64,000 nt of DNA from Elusimicrobiota bacterium (GTDB lineage: Bacteria; CG03; SLGR01; JAGXOG01): assembly GCA_051745145.1 (NCBI GenBank), contig JBNJDT010000002.1, forward strand, positions 1 through 64,000, given 5' to 3'. Under the pieces are notes generated by a model. It was not told the origin of the DNA, made no database searches, and was given only the letters and a program-made list of their open reading frames with translations. The translations under genes were made by a program, and so were the position numbers. Positions 55,206 to 64,000 of the stretch are shown here, in pieces; within the stretch, counting starts at the first letter, position 1, and every line of letters begins with the position of its first letter.

Positions 55206-55654
55206 AGATTTTTTTTCACTAAAACTTCATCACAGTCGGGAAAATGAGGACAATTTATACATTCTGACCAGATCTTATGGGGCATCTCTTCTTTATTCCC
55301 CCTGACAAACCCCAGTTCTTCAAAAAATTCCGGTACGTAGGTTAAAGCAAATATTCTCCCTATTTTTAAATCCAACGCCTCTTCAATTCCGGATTTTACT
55401 ATTTTTGTCCCCAGAGATTCCCCTTGATAATCCGTACTGACCGCCAGAGATTTTATCTCTGCCAAATCGTCCCAGACTATATGCAGGGCACAACAGGCAA
55501 TCACCTCTTCTTTGACCTTAATTACCCAGAAATCTCTTATATTTTCATATATTTCATTTAACGACCTGGGTAACATTTTACCTTCACTGGCAAAAGAGTT
55601 TATAAGATTCTGTATCTTGTTTACATCATTTATCGTTGCTTTTTTTACTTTCAT
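55202..55654 (-). CDS. GNAT N-acetyltransferase (short ArgA-like amino-acid acetyltransferase)
   Basis: MLPRSLNEIYENIRDF, LAEIKSLAV, FALTY, KIWSECINC. Confidence 0.85.
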   Translation of the reverse strand: MKVKKATINDVNKIQNLINSFASEGKMLPRSLNEIYENIRDFWVIKVKEEVIACCALHIVWDDLAEIKSLAVSTDYQGESLGTKIVKSGIEEALDLKIGRIFALTYVPEFFEELGFVRGNKEEMPHKIWSECINCPHFPDCDEVLVKKNL

Positions 55655-55669
55655 ATTTTAAAGATTTTT

Positions 55670-57283
55670 CTAAGCGGTTTTTACTTTCCCGCCGTACAAT
55701 CTTTTTATCTCCTTTTCTCTACTTTCTCCGTCCAGCAACTTTATCTCTGTCCGGGTTCTATCCCCGGAAGATTTTTTTATAACCTTAATATGATTATCCG
55801 CTTTTTCTGCAATTTGAGGCAAATGGGATATTGTAATAACTTGATGGTATTCAGACAAAGTTTTTATTTCTTCACCGACGGCTTTTCCCACGGTAGCTCC
55901 GATTCCCGTATCTATTTCATCAAATATAAGTATAGGAATATTATCCGAATGAGCAAGAGAAGATTTAATGGCCAGCATTATCCTGGATACTTCCCCCCCG
56001 CTGGCTACTTTAGATAATTTCATGTCGGGTTCCCCGGGGTTAGGCTTAATAAAGAACCTCACTGTCTCCTTACCCGTCGGTCCTACTTCTTTTGATTTTA
56101 ATTTTACATTAAATTCAGCGCTTTCCATACCCAGCTTCTTAAGTTTTTTTTCAATGTCACCAGATAATTTTTCAGCTCCCTCTTTCCTTTTTTCAGTAAC
56201 TCTATCGGCAATATTTTTAAGTTCATCCAGATAACTGTTAAGTTTTTCATTCATCTTTTTAATATCTTTTTCGGAATTATTAAAATTTTTCAATTTATTA
56301 TCAATCATTTCCCTGTAATCAATAATATCCTCAATTTCGGGCCCATACTTTCTTTTTAAGTCTATTATTTTATCTCTTTTATCCGCTATCTCTTTTAACC
56401 GGTGGGGATTAAAATCATTTGTCGCCAGATATGACCGCAGTTCTTCATAAACAGTCTCAACTTTATACACCGTATCTTCGAGCATTTCTGATAGCCCTGA
56501 AAAATTTTCATCAATACTACTTATCTCCTCGGCCCTGCTTAAAATATGGGAGAGTTTTTCTATAATTGCCTCGTCATTTTCATAGAGGACCGCAGAGAGT
56601 TCTTTCGCGGTTTGCTGAATAAATTCCGCATTACTTAGAATTCTATATTCTTTTTCCAGCTCTTCTTCCATCCCTTTTTTTAATTTAACAAAATCAATTT
56701 CTTCGGCCTCATGTCTTAACCGGTCAATCTCAGAATTTATTCTGCTAACTTCTGCTTTCCGGTTTTTTATCTCTTCCTGCAAATTAATATATTTCTCCCA
56801 AATTTTTCCCAGTTTTCCCACCAGTTTCCGGGCTCCGGAAAAACGGTCCAGGATCTCCCTCTGTTTTTTATGTTTTAAGAGAGTTTGATGTTCATTTTGA
56901 GAATGAATATCAACTAAAAGATTACCCAGTTCCTTTAAACACCTTACGGTAACATGATGGTCGTTTATGTAACACCGGCTTCTCCCCCGGGCATAGAACT
57001 TACGTCGAAGTATAAGAACATCGGTTCCCAGCTCCCGGTCTTTTAAAAAACTTTTAATTTCAGAATTCAGTTTTTCACCGTATTCCGCTTCAACTTCACA
57101 AAACTTTGCTCCGTCACGTACTATTTCCCTACCCACTCTTTCTCCTAAAACCATACTCAATGCCCCCACAAGTATGGATTTTCCCGCTCCTGTCTGACCG
57201 GTAATGACATTTAATCCATCTTTTAAATTTAAAGAAGCTTTCTTTAAAAGCGCAAAATCTTTGATTTTAATATCTCTAAGCAT
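55670..57283 (-). CDS. recN: DNA repair protein RecN
   Basis: TGQTGAGKS, DIHSQ, ASGGE.SR, FDEIDTG, ISHLPQIA. Confidence 0.96.
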   Translation of the reverse strand: MLRDIKIKDFALLKKASLNLKDGLNVITGQTGAGKSILVGALSMVLGERVGREIVRDGAKFCEVEAEYGEKLNSEIKSFLKDRELGTDVLILRRKFYARGRSRCYINDHHVTVRCLKELGNLLVDIHSQNEHQTLLKHKKQREILDRFSGARKLVGKLGKIWEKYINLQEEIKNRKAEVSRINSEIDRLRHEAEEIDFVKLKKGMEEELEKEYRILSNAEFIQQTAKELSAVLYENDEAIIEKLSHILSRAEEISSIDENFSGLSEMLEDTVYKVETVYEELRSYLATNDFNPHRLKEIADKRDKIIDLKRKYGPEIEDIIDYREMIDNKLKNFNNSEKDIKKMNEKLNSYLDELKNIADRVTEKRKEGAEKLSGDIEKKLKKLGMESAEFNVKLKSKEVGPTGKETVRFFIKPNPGEPDMKLSKVASGGEVSRIMLAIKSSLAHSDNIPILIFDEIDTGIGATVGKAVGEEIKTLSEYHQVITISHLPQIAEKADNHIKVIKKSSGDRTRTEIKLLDGESREKEIKRLYGGKVKTA

Positions 57284-57296
57284 CTTTTATTAAAAT

Positions 57297-58082
57297 TTAT
57301 AATTTCCAGTTTAATTTTTCTGTAAGAATATTTATAAAATTTCTACTATTCTTTACCAGCTTAAGTTTATCGTCACTTATTCTAATTTTTACTTTATCTT
57401 TGGGATTTAATTTTTTAGTCTGCTGTCCGTCCGCAGTTAAAATACATTCCTGCTCTTTTCGGGGGCAGACTATATCAACTTTGCTGTTGCCGGTTATAAA
57501 AGGCCGCGAATTTATAGCATGGGGATTTAAGGGATTTATAATTATTAGCTCCAATTCCGGAGAAACTACAGGCCCGGACGCCGCAAATGAATATGCCGTT
57601 GATCCCGTGGGAGTGGAGACAATTACACCATCCCCGTTAATATTATATAAGTTCTGAGAATTAATAAATACGGATAACTCTATAACTCTCGCCGTATCCC
57701 CGTTTTTTATTACCATATCATTAAGGGCCTTAAAAGTTTCGTTGCCCACCCTGGCTTCAAGGGTTACTCTCTTCTCAATCTGAAAATTTTCTTTTATTAA
57801 AGCTTCAACAAATTTCTCTAAATTTTTATCATCTATATCCAGCCCTAAAAACCCCAGCGTTCCCACATTTATGCAGGCTACGGGAATCTTATAGCCGACA
57901 ACTTTCCGGGCAGCTTTGAGGACCGTCCCGTCTCCGCCTACACATACAGCCAGTTCAGTATCCCGGGTAATTACTTCATTGAGCTTAATGCCCTTCTTTT
58001 TAAATAAGTTTTGTAGTACATCTACAACTTCAAGGGCCTCTTTCTTATTTTGGTTATATATTAGGGAAATTTCAGATATCAT
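57297..58082 (-). CDS. nadK: NAD(+) kinase
   Basis: GGDGT, GTLGFL, ALND, DG...STPTGSTAY, DGQ; upstream of recN. Confidence 0.95.
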   Translation of the reverse strand: MISEISLIYNQNKKEALEVVDVLQNLFKKKGIKLNEVITRDTELAVCVGGDGTVLKAARKVVGYKIPVACINVGTLGFLGLDIDDKNLEKFVEALIKENFQIEKRVTLEARVGNETFKALNDMVIKNGDTARVIELSVFINSQNLYNINGDGVIVSTPTGSTAYSFAASGPVVSPELELIIINPLNPHAINSRPFITGNSKVDIVCPRKEQECILTADGQQTKKLNPKDKVKIRISDDKLKLVKNSRNFINILTEKLNWKL

Positions 58083-58089
58083 TTTATAT

Positions 58090-59289
58090 CTATAATCTGC
58101 TATCTATTCTATCTGTACGATTCTCTTCATACTCATTCCCATAATACTCGGGTTCTGAATAGTCGGTAAATAAAAAACCCACTTCATTTTCCAGAAAAAA
58201 GTTATTATTAACAACCGGTTTACCCTGATTTTCAACTTTTATACCGTACCGGTTTCTCTTAAATTTATTTTCAGAAATACGGGGAAACCCGAAGTTTTTC
58301 ACAATAATACCCGGACCATTTTCAACAAATTCGTTATCAGTTATTTTGCCACCGGAAGAATCAGCCACTGTGATTCCACCGCCATTATTTTTAAAACTAT
58401 TTTTACTTACCTGGGGCAAACTATTATCCAGACTCAATAAGCCGACTAAATTATCCGTCAAAATATTATCTTCTATCCGGGGGGCCGAATCTTCCCAGCA
58501 ACCCACTCCGGAACCGTTAGCTGTAATTTGGTTGGATTCTATATGGGGAGAAGCTTTATTCCCACAAGCTATTCCGACATTATTGCCGTGGACCGAAGAA
58601 CCCCTCAACTCTCCGGAACTTTCACCTTCAAAAAAGACCCCGGAAGCCTGATTGTTTTCTATAGTACTACCGGTTATAACAGGTGAAGCAAAATCCGAAG
58701 CTCCCAGTCCATATTTATTTTTATTAATTTTAGCCATATCTATTTTTGGAGAAGCCCTGTCCCAGCATCCAATTCCCCCGGCTTCAGTTCCGGTTACTGT
58801 AACAGAACTCATTTTAGGTGAACGGTAATCGTATAACCTTATGCCTACATGCCCTCCCCGGACAATTAAATTCTCCACCGAAGAGGTACTCTTTTTACCT
58901 AAAAAACTTATTCCCCCGGCTCTTTTCTTATCATCTTCAGATGCTTTTAACTTTACCGGTTCTTTTACGGTACCCTGTATATTTACATCACCGGCAATAA
59001 TAAGCTCTATTTTATTTTCATCGAATAAATCGACAGTTGCCCCGGAAAAATTTCGGACCCTCTGAATTTCATACTCTATTTTTTCATCAGAATATCTTAT
59101 TAAGGTATCTTTTAAGATAGTGAGTTTTACTCCCGGCTCCACGTAAAGATCACCGGTAAGCAATATTTTACCGGACCAGGTAGTATCTTCTTTCAGCCTG
59201 CCCGAGTACGGCTTTCCTTTGCCACACCCGTTTATAAAAAAAGCTCCTATAATAAAGACGGCAAAACCTATTTTTTTATTCAGCTTCAT
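58090..59289 (-). CDS. Lipoprotein with right-handed parallel beta-helix repeats
   Basis: Lipobox FINGC; about 22-aa repeats such as GIGCWDRASPKI, GIACGNKASPHI, GVGCWEDSAPRI. Start uncertain (59289 or 59328). Confidence 0.78.
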   Translation of the reverse strand: MKLNKKIGFAVFIIGAFFINGCGKGKPYSGRLKEDTTWSGKILLTGDLYVEPGVKLTILKDTLIRYSDEKIEYEIQRVRNFSGATVDLFDENKIELIIAGDVNIQGTVKEPVKLKASEDDKKRAGGISFLGKKSTSSVENLIVRGGHVGIRLYDYRSPKMSSVTVTGTEAGGIGCWDRASPKIDMAKINKNKYGLGASDFASPVITGSTIENNQASGVFFEGESSGELRGSSVHGNNVGIACGNKASPHIESNQITANGSGVGCWEDSAPRIEDNILTDNLVGLLSLDNSLPQVSKNSFKNNGGGITVADSSGGKITDNEFVENGPGIIVKNFGFPRISENKFKRNRYGIKVENQGKPVVNNNFFLENEVGFLFTDYSEPEYYGNEYEENRTDRIDSRL

Positions 59290-59324
59290 AATTGTTGAAA
59301 ATATACCATTAACTCTTTTTATTT

Positions 59325-59870
59325 TCAAGTACTTTCCTTAAGTCTAAAAAAGTCCAGACTGGTTATACCGTATTTTTTACTGTAAATTAATTTATGGTAT
59401 TCAGAAGTAATTTGCTCTTTTTTGTGATGCTGGATAATCACTATATTATTTTCGGAAATTTTTTTCTTTGCACAATATTCCAGTATTTTACCGGAAATAT
59501 TAGCCTTATACGGCGGAGAAGCAAAGACAATATCGGGATTAAAATTTCCGGGCCGGTAGTTAAAAAAATCAGTTACTATTACTTTACAGGACTCCCTGAC
59601 CTGCAGCTGTTTTATGTTATCTTTGAGTATTTTTGAAACACTGTAGTCTTTTTCTATGAAAAGCACTTCTTCAGCTCCCCGGGACAGCGCTTCCAGTCCC
59701 ACACTACCCGTCCCGGCAAATATATCGGCAAAGCTGGCCCCCGATACCTTATCTCCCAAAATAGAAAAAAGTGCTTCTTTAATCGTACCGGATATAGGCC
59801 TAATCTTATTTCCGTTAGGAGTTTTTAAATTTCTGTTCTTAAATTTTCCGGCTATTACTCTTGTAGACAC
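59325..59870 (-). CDS. rsmD: 16S rRNA m2G966 methyltransferase
   Basis: RVIAGKFK, IRP...KEALF, DIFAGTGSVGLEALSRGA, FASPPY, KKYG. Confidence 0.9.
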   Translation of the reverse strand: MSTRVIAGKFKNRNLKTPNGNKIRPISGTIKEALFSILGDKVSGASFADIFAGTGSVGLEALSRGAEEVLFIEKDYSVSKILKDNIKQLQVRESCKVIVTDFFNYRPGNFNPDIVFASPPYKANISGKILEYCAKKKISENNIVIIQHHKKEQITSEYHKLIYSKKYGITSLDFFRLKEST

Positions 59871-59874
59871 GTAA

Positions 59875-60297
59875 CTATTTAACGGCCGATAAAAAAGCTA
59901 TTCTTTTCCGCGCTTTAGTGTCAAAATCCACAATGACAACCTGCTGCCACGTTCCCAGCATCAACTGTCCGTTAACTACGGGAACAGTTTCCGAGCAGCC
60001 TATTACGGAAGCTCTAATATGAGAATGCCCGTTATCATCATTCCAGGTTTTTTTATGTTCGTAAGTCATATCGGAAGGAGCAATTTGTTCCATACGGTTT
60101 TTAAAATCTTGCACCAGATTGGGTTCGAATTCTATTACGGTTACAGCTCCCGTGGAGCCCTGGGTAAAAACGGTAACCTGCCCTGTTTCAATTTTATTTT
60201 TTTTGACAAATTCTTCTATTTGAGAAGTTATGTCTTTAATATCGATATCCTTCCGGCTCCTTAACTCTATCTTTTCATTAATTATTTTATTACTCAT
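59875..60297 (-). CDS. yjbQ: YjbQ/UPF0047 family protein
   Basis: DITS, ST, YEH, NGHSHI, LGTWQ. Confidence 0.92.
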   Translation of the reverse strand: MSNKIINEKIELRSRKDIDIKDITSQIEEFVKKNKIETGQVTVFTQGSTGAVTVIEFEPNLVQDFKNRMEQIAPSDMTYEHKKTWNDDNGHSHIRASVIGCSETVPVVNGQLMLGTWQQVVIVDFDTKARKRIAFLSAVK

Positions 60298-60354
60298 TTT
60301 TTCTTCTCAAATCCTCCATAATATATTTTGTTAATTCTTCTGTGAAATGCTGTT

Positions 60355-61479
60355 TTAACGGGGAAGCTGAACTATAAACGTGGAACCTTTTCCCAGACCC
60401 TCGGATTGGGCTTTGATTGTTCCGCCGTGAGAATTTATTATTTTTTTACATATAGATAACCCCAGCCCCACTCCCTTACTTGACTTGTCCCTTTCTTCAT
60501 CGTCTTTTGTATAAAAAGCTTCAAATATTCCCTCCAGCGAATCTTCAGGTATTCCTTTACCCGTATCCGTTACTCTAAATTCAATATTATCCTCATCAAC
60601 TTCTTTGATAATAAATTTTATTTTTCCGCCCTCCGGAGTAAATTTTAAAGCATTCTGGAGTAAGTTTTGGAAAACCTGAGAAACTTTGCCCGGATCGATT
60701 TCCATACGGGTATTTTCTATATCTTTTTCAATACTAAAATTTATATTTTTCTTGTCAAACCTGGAAGAAAGTTCCTGTTTTAAGGGGGCTATTAAATCCA
60801 TTATATCAGCGGTTTCTTTTTCGATAATAAATCTTCCCGCTTCAATCTGTTTTATGTTGAGAACATCATTAATTAAGTTTATCATTCTCTCCAGAGAATT
60901 TTTCTGTATCTCGAATATCTCTCGTTGTTTATCTGTTATATCCCCAAGCTGCCCGTTTAAGAGAGCATAATTGTACCCCTTTATCGTGGTGATAGGGGAT
61001 CTAAGGTCGTGATTTAACATAGAAATCAAACCATCTTTAAACTGATTGAGTTTTTTTAACTCCTTTAAATTTTCAATCTTTTTATCCTGTAACTTTTTTA
61101 TCCTGAGCATGGCCTTTATCCTGACCAGCAGCAGGCGCCGGTCAGCCGATTTAGTCACAAAATCATCGGCCCCGGCATTAATGCCGTCTATTACATCCTG
61201 TTTGGCATTCGCTCCGGTCCACAGAATTTTTGGGATATGATTCACTTCCGGATCGGCAGTCAATTTTTTACAGACCTCCGTACCGTCTATACCGGGCATG
61301 TTGCGATCGATTAAAACACAATCGGGCAACTTTTCTTTAACTGTTTCAAAACCTTTTTTTCCCGAAGGTTCATAGAGTACCCTGTAACCCTCTTTTTTAA
61401 GTATTCTTTTCGCTATAAGGTAATCATTTTCATTATCATCAATAACAAGAATTTTACTTGCTGACAATGATTGGTCCAT
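60355..61479 (-). CDS. Hybrid response regulator/histidine kinase (REC-HisKA-HATPase)
   Basis: VIDD, LIDRNMPG, FVTK; NHDLRSP, NALKFT, DTGKG, GLGLSI. Confidence 0.92.
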   Translation of the reverse strand: MDQSLSASKILVIDDNENDYLIAKRILKKEGYRVLYEPSGKKGFETVKEKLPDCVLIDRNMPGIDGTEVCKKLTADPEVNHIPKILWTGANAKQDVIDGINAGADDFVTKSADRRLLLVRIKAMLRIKKLQDKKIENLKELKKLNQFKDGLISMLNHDLRSPITTIKGYNYALLNGQLGDITDKQREIFEIQKNSLERMINLINDVLNIKQIEAGRFIIEKETADIMDLIAPLKQELSSRFDKKNINFSIEKDIENTRMEIDPGKVSQVFQNLLQNALKFTPEGGKIKFIIKEVDEDNIEFRVTDTGKGIPEDSLEGIFEAFYTKDDEERDKSSKGVGLGLSICKKIINSHGGTIKAQSEGLGKGSTFIVQLPR

Positions 61480-61488
61480 GGTAGGAAT

Positions 61489-61932
61489 TTACTCGGTGCT
61501 GGGAGTCTTAGAAACCAGTGACCAGTAAAGATTAAATTGTTCTATTTTTTGAACAAATTCCTTATATCCCACCGGCTTGGTAATATAAGAGCAGGCACCG
61601 TGTTCATAACTTTTAACTATGTCTTCCTCGCGATCGGAAGAGGTGAGCATAATTACGGGGATCTTTTTATATTCAGGATGGTTTTTTACCTTTTCAAGAG
61701 TTTCAAAACCGCCCATCTTGGGCATATTAATATCCAGCAAAATAAGTCCCGGCTGGGGATGGTCTTCATCCTCACCTACTTTAGAAAGATAGTCCAGGAG
61801 CTGTATCCCGTTGTTTACCACCTGAAGTGAATTGAGAAGCTTGAGTTTTTTAAAAGCCCTCTTTATGATAACAATATCGTTATCGTTATCTTCGGCTAAT
61901 AATATAGTTACTGGATCCATTGAATTTAACAT
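61489..61932 (-). CDS. Single-domain response regulator (Rcp1-like)
   Basis: LAEDN, LLDINMP, MLTSS, YITKP, C-terminal YW signature. Confidence 0.92.
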   Translation of the reverse strand: MLNSMDPVTILLAEDNDNDIVIIKRAFKKLKLLNSLQVVNNGIQLLDYLSKVGEDEDHPQPGLILLDINMPKMGGFETLEKVKNHPEYKKIPVIMLTSSDREEDIVKSYEHGACSYITKPVGYKEFVQKIEQFNLYWSLVSKTPSTE

Positions 61933-61952
61933 TTTATTTACCTAATAAAAGT

Positions 61953-63761
61953 CTATGAATTTTCATTTTTATTGTCAAGTTTTGGTATAGTAAAATAAAA
62001 AGTAGTCCCCTCTCCTTTTTCAGATTCCACCCAGATATCACCGCCGTGTTCATCAATAATCTTTTTAACCACGGTAAGGCCTGCGCCGGTGCCTCCTCCA
62101 AAATCATTTCGGGCATGTAACCGGTTAAAAATCTGGAAAATCTCTTCAAAATCCTTTTCCTCTATACCTATGCCGTTATCTTTTATAATAAAAGTGGTCT
62201 TCTCATCATCCTGAGTGCTGTCCACTTCAACTACCGGTTTATCCTTATCGTTGTATTTCAAGGCATTGGTAATAAGATTGTAGAATACTTCCTTAATTTT
62301 AACTTTGTCACAATATACAAAAGGCAGCTCATCATCGACATTTACAGTGGCATTTTTTTCATTAATAAGGGTTCTTACCCGCTTTCTTACTTCCTTAATA
62401 AGTTTGTGGGGATCAACCGATTCATAAGGATTTTTTATTCTGGAAATTCTGGACAGGGCAAGTACATCCTGAATTAAATTTTTCATTCTGGTAACCGACG
62501 CCGCTATGCGTTTCAAATAATCTTTTCCTTCATTGTCCAGCTGGTCGCGATAGTCCTCCATAAGAAATTCGCTGAAAGTTTGAATTCCTCTTAAGGGTTC
62601 TTTGAGATCATGAGAAATTGTATACGTAAAAGAGTCCAGTTCTTTATTTACCGCCTTTAATTCTTCAGCCTTTTTCTTAAACTCGGTAATATCTTCAAAA
62701 CTCTCAATAATAAAAGTTTCACCGGCTCTTTTAATTTTAGAACTGTTTACCAGAACAGGTATCTTCTTACCCTTTTTATGGGTAAACTCTTTCTCCACCA
62801 TATCCAATGTTTCATCCCTGTCCAGTATGGGACATTCTCCCTCTTTCCCTTCGCAAAAAAGATCCAGACAGGTTTTATCCAGTACATCTTCTCTTTCATA
62901 TCCCAAAATCGAAAGTCCGGCGTCGTTAATTCTTACTACATTCTTTTCCCTGTCGATGAGTATCATACCGTTAGCAGACGCTTTAAATATTTCTTCGGAA
63001 AAATTCTTGGCCTTTTCCAGATCTTCAGTTCTTTCCTTTACCTTTTTTTCCAGACCGTTCTGGGCCTTTTTAATATTTGTAGCCATATCGTTAAAAGAAT
63101 CGGCCAGGTAACCTATCTCATCATTATTTTTTATCTTCACTTTATGATTCAGATTACCGCTGGAGATAATTTTAGTTCCTTCAACAAGTTTATCTATCGG
63201 ATCGGCCAAAATATATTTTAAAAAGAAAGTATTTACTATTAAGGCAAGAACAATTATAAATCCGGTTACCAGAAAAATGGTCTTCTGTACTTCCGATAAT
63301 TTTTCATTGAGATTCCGGGTGGATACCCCCAAAAATATTCGGCCGATTACTTCTTCTTCCGTGGAACTCTCGCTAAAAAATATATCCTCCGAAGATTCAT
63401 CCTGTGAGTAATCCGCAGTAATAGTAGTGGCAAATGTCAACGTGGATTTTTCTGCTTTAAAATTTTCCACTCCGTTTTCATACATAATCTTGCCGGCTTT
63501 ATCTTCTACTTTACAGTATATTATATCTTTCTGTTTAAGTAAGCTGTCAACCTGTTTTGCCAGAGCATCGGTATTTCTTATCATCACCGGATATTCCACA
63601 TTCCGCTTTAAATTATCCAGCTGGGACTCTATCCGGTCGTTTAATTCCGTTCGTAAAATAATATTCTCATGGCTGACAAAATACACGGCAAGAGCTATAG
63701 TAAATACAATAATTATACATATAGTGAGTAAATTTACTTTTTTTGTAATTGTAAGTCTCAT
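61953..63761 (-). CDS. Membrane sensor histidine kinase (HAMP-PAS-HisKA-HATPase)
   Basis: Two TMs, HAMP (DEIGYLADSFNDM), PAS, SFTYTISHDLKEPL, NALKY, DNGIG, FQIFNRLH, GAGL. Confidence 0.92.
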   Translation of the reverse strand: MRLTITKKVNLLTICIIIVFTIALAVYFVSHENIILRTELNDRIESQLDNLKRNVEYPVMIRNTDALAKQVDSLLKQKDIIYCKVEDKAGKIMYENGVENFKAEKSTLTFATTITADYSQDESSEDIFFSESSTEEEVIGRIFLGVSTRNLNEKLSEVQKTIFLVTGFIIVLALIVNTFFLKYILADPIDKLVEGTKIISSGNLNHKVKIKNNDEIGYLADSFNDMATNIKKAQNGLEKKVKERTEDLEKAKNFSEEIFKASANGMILIDREKNVVRINDAGLSILGYEREDVLDKTCLDLFCEGKEGECPILDRDETLDMVEKEFTHKKGKKIPVLVNSSKIKRAGETFIIESFEDITEFKKKAEELKAVNKELDSFTYTISHDLKEPLRGIQTFSEFLMEDYRDQLDNEGKDYLKRIAASVTRMKNLIQDVLALSRISRIKNPYESVDPHKLIKEVRKRVRTLINEKNATVNVDDELPFVYCDKVKIKEVFYNLITNALKYNDKDKPVVEVDSTQDDEKTTFIIKDNGIGIEEKDFEEIFQIFNRLHARNDFGGGTGAGLTVVKKIIDEHGGDIWVESEKGEGTTFYFTIPKLDNKNENS

Positions 63762-63998
63762 TTATTTAAATACCTCGGTAGCATTCTCTTTAACTCCGCC
63801 GGGAACATCTATACCCAAATTATCGGCAACTATTACATTTAAAGAGTAATTTATTTTTTCGGGATTTTTTATCTTAATTTCCCGGGGGCTTTTACCATCT
63901 ATTATTTTATGGGCTATCTCTCCGGCCTGTTTTCCCAGCTCCCTATAATCACTGTCAAAAGAGATAAAGGCTCCCGCTTTTGTATAATACGAAGACAG
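63762..63998 (-). CDS. ABC-type substrate-binding protein (ABC_sub_bind-like), C-terminal part only
   Basis: Not in the ORF track. Translates as LSSYYTKAGAFISFDSDYRELGKQAGEIAHKII...YSLNVIVADNLGIDVP; stop abuts the kinase ATG. Confidence 0.8.
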   Translation of the reverse strand: MSSYYTKAGAFISFDSDYRELGKQAGEIAHKIIDGKSPREIKIKNPEKINYSLNVIVADNLGIDVPGGVKENATEVFK

Positions 63999-64000
63999 TC

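Noticed and set aside
61934..62149. 71-aa minus-strand ORF
   Set aside because: Alternative frame inside the histidine kinase C-terminus.

Overview
Housekeeping-rich chromosomal segment of an AT-rich diderm (LPS-making), probably anaerobic bacterium from a deep-branching lineage; the phylum cannot be fixed without a 16S search. Almost all genes are on the minus strand. Contents: a partial XdhD-like molybdo-hydroxylase with yqeC; a complete shikimate/Phe/Tyr pathway in two clusters; scpAB, trpS and a DHH-CBS tRNA nucleotidyltransferase; a GGDEF-HEAT protein and a TPR-metallopeptidase; gnnB-gnnA-lpxB-rfaD; pilB; an EF-G2/TIM-barrel/yebC operon; a full rrn operon (16S-tRNA-Ile-tRNA-Ala-23S-5S); mltG, a deacetylase, thpR, cinA, an NSS transporter and a tandem PilZ protein; thiC, heptose genes, accC/accB-like, efp, pepP, nfeD-slipin, recN, nadK, rsmD, yjbQ; and a solute-binding-protein-linked phosphorelay. 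No CRISPR array, IS element, integrase or prophage was seen. Most notable oddities: (1) the AccB homologue in the canonical efp-accB-accC locus lacks the biotinylated lysine (ESMS instead of EAMK); (2) an 81-nt structured insertion near the 23S rRNA 3' end (helix 101 region), plus other enlarged helices; (3) efp apparently initiates at AUU; (4) lpxB has no in-frame start because of an A10 tract; (5) a perfect CRP-type box at class II spacing upstream of the tandem PilZ gene; (6) several apparently leaderless promoters. All product calls are from motif recognition by eye, not database searches.
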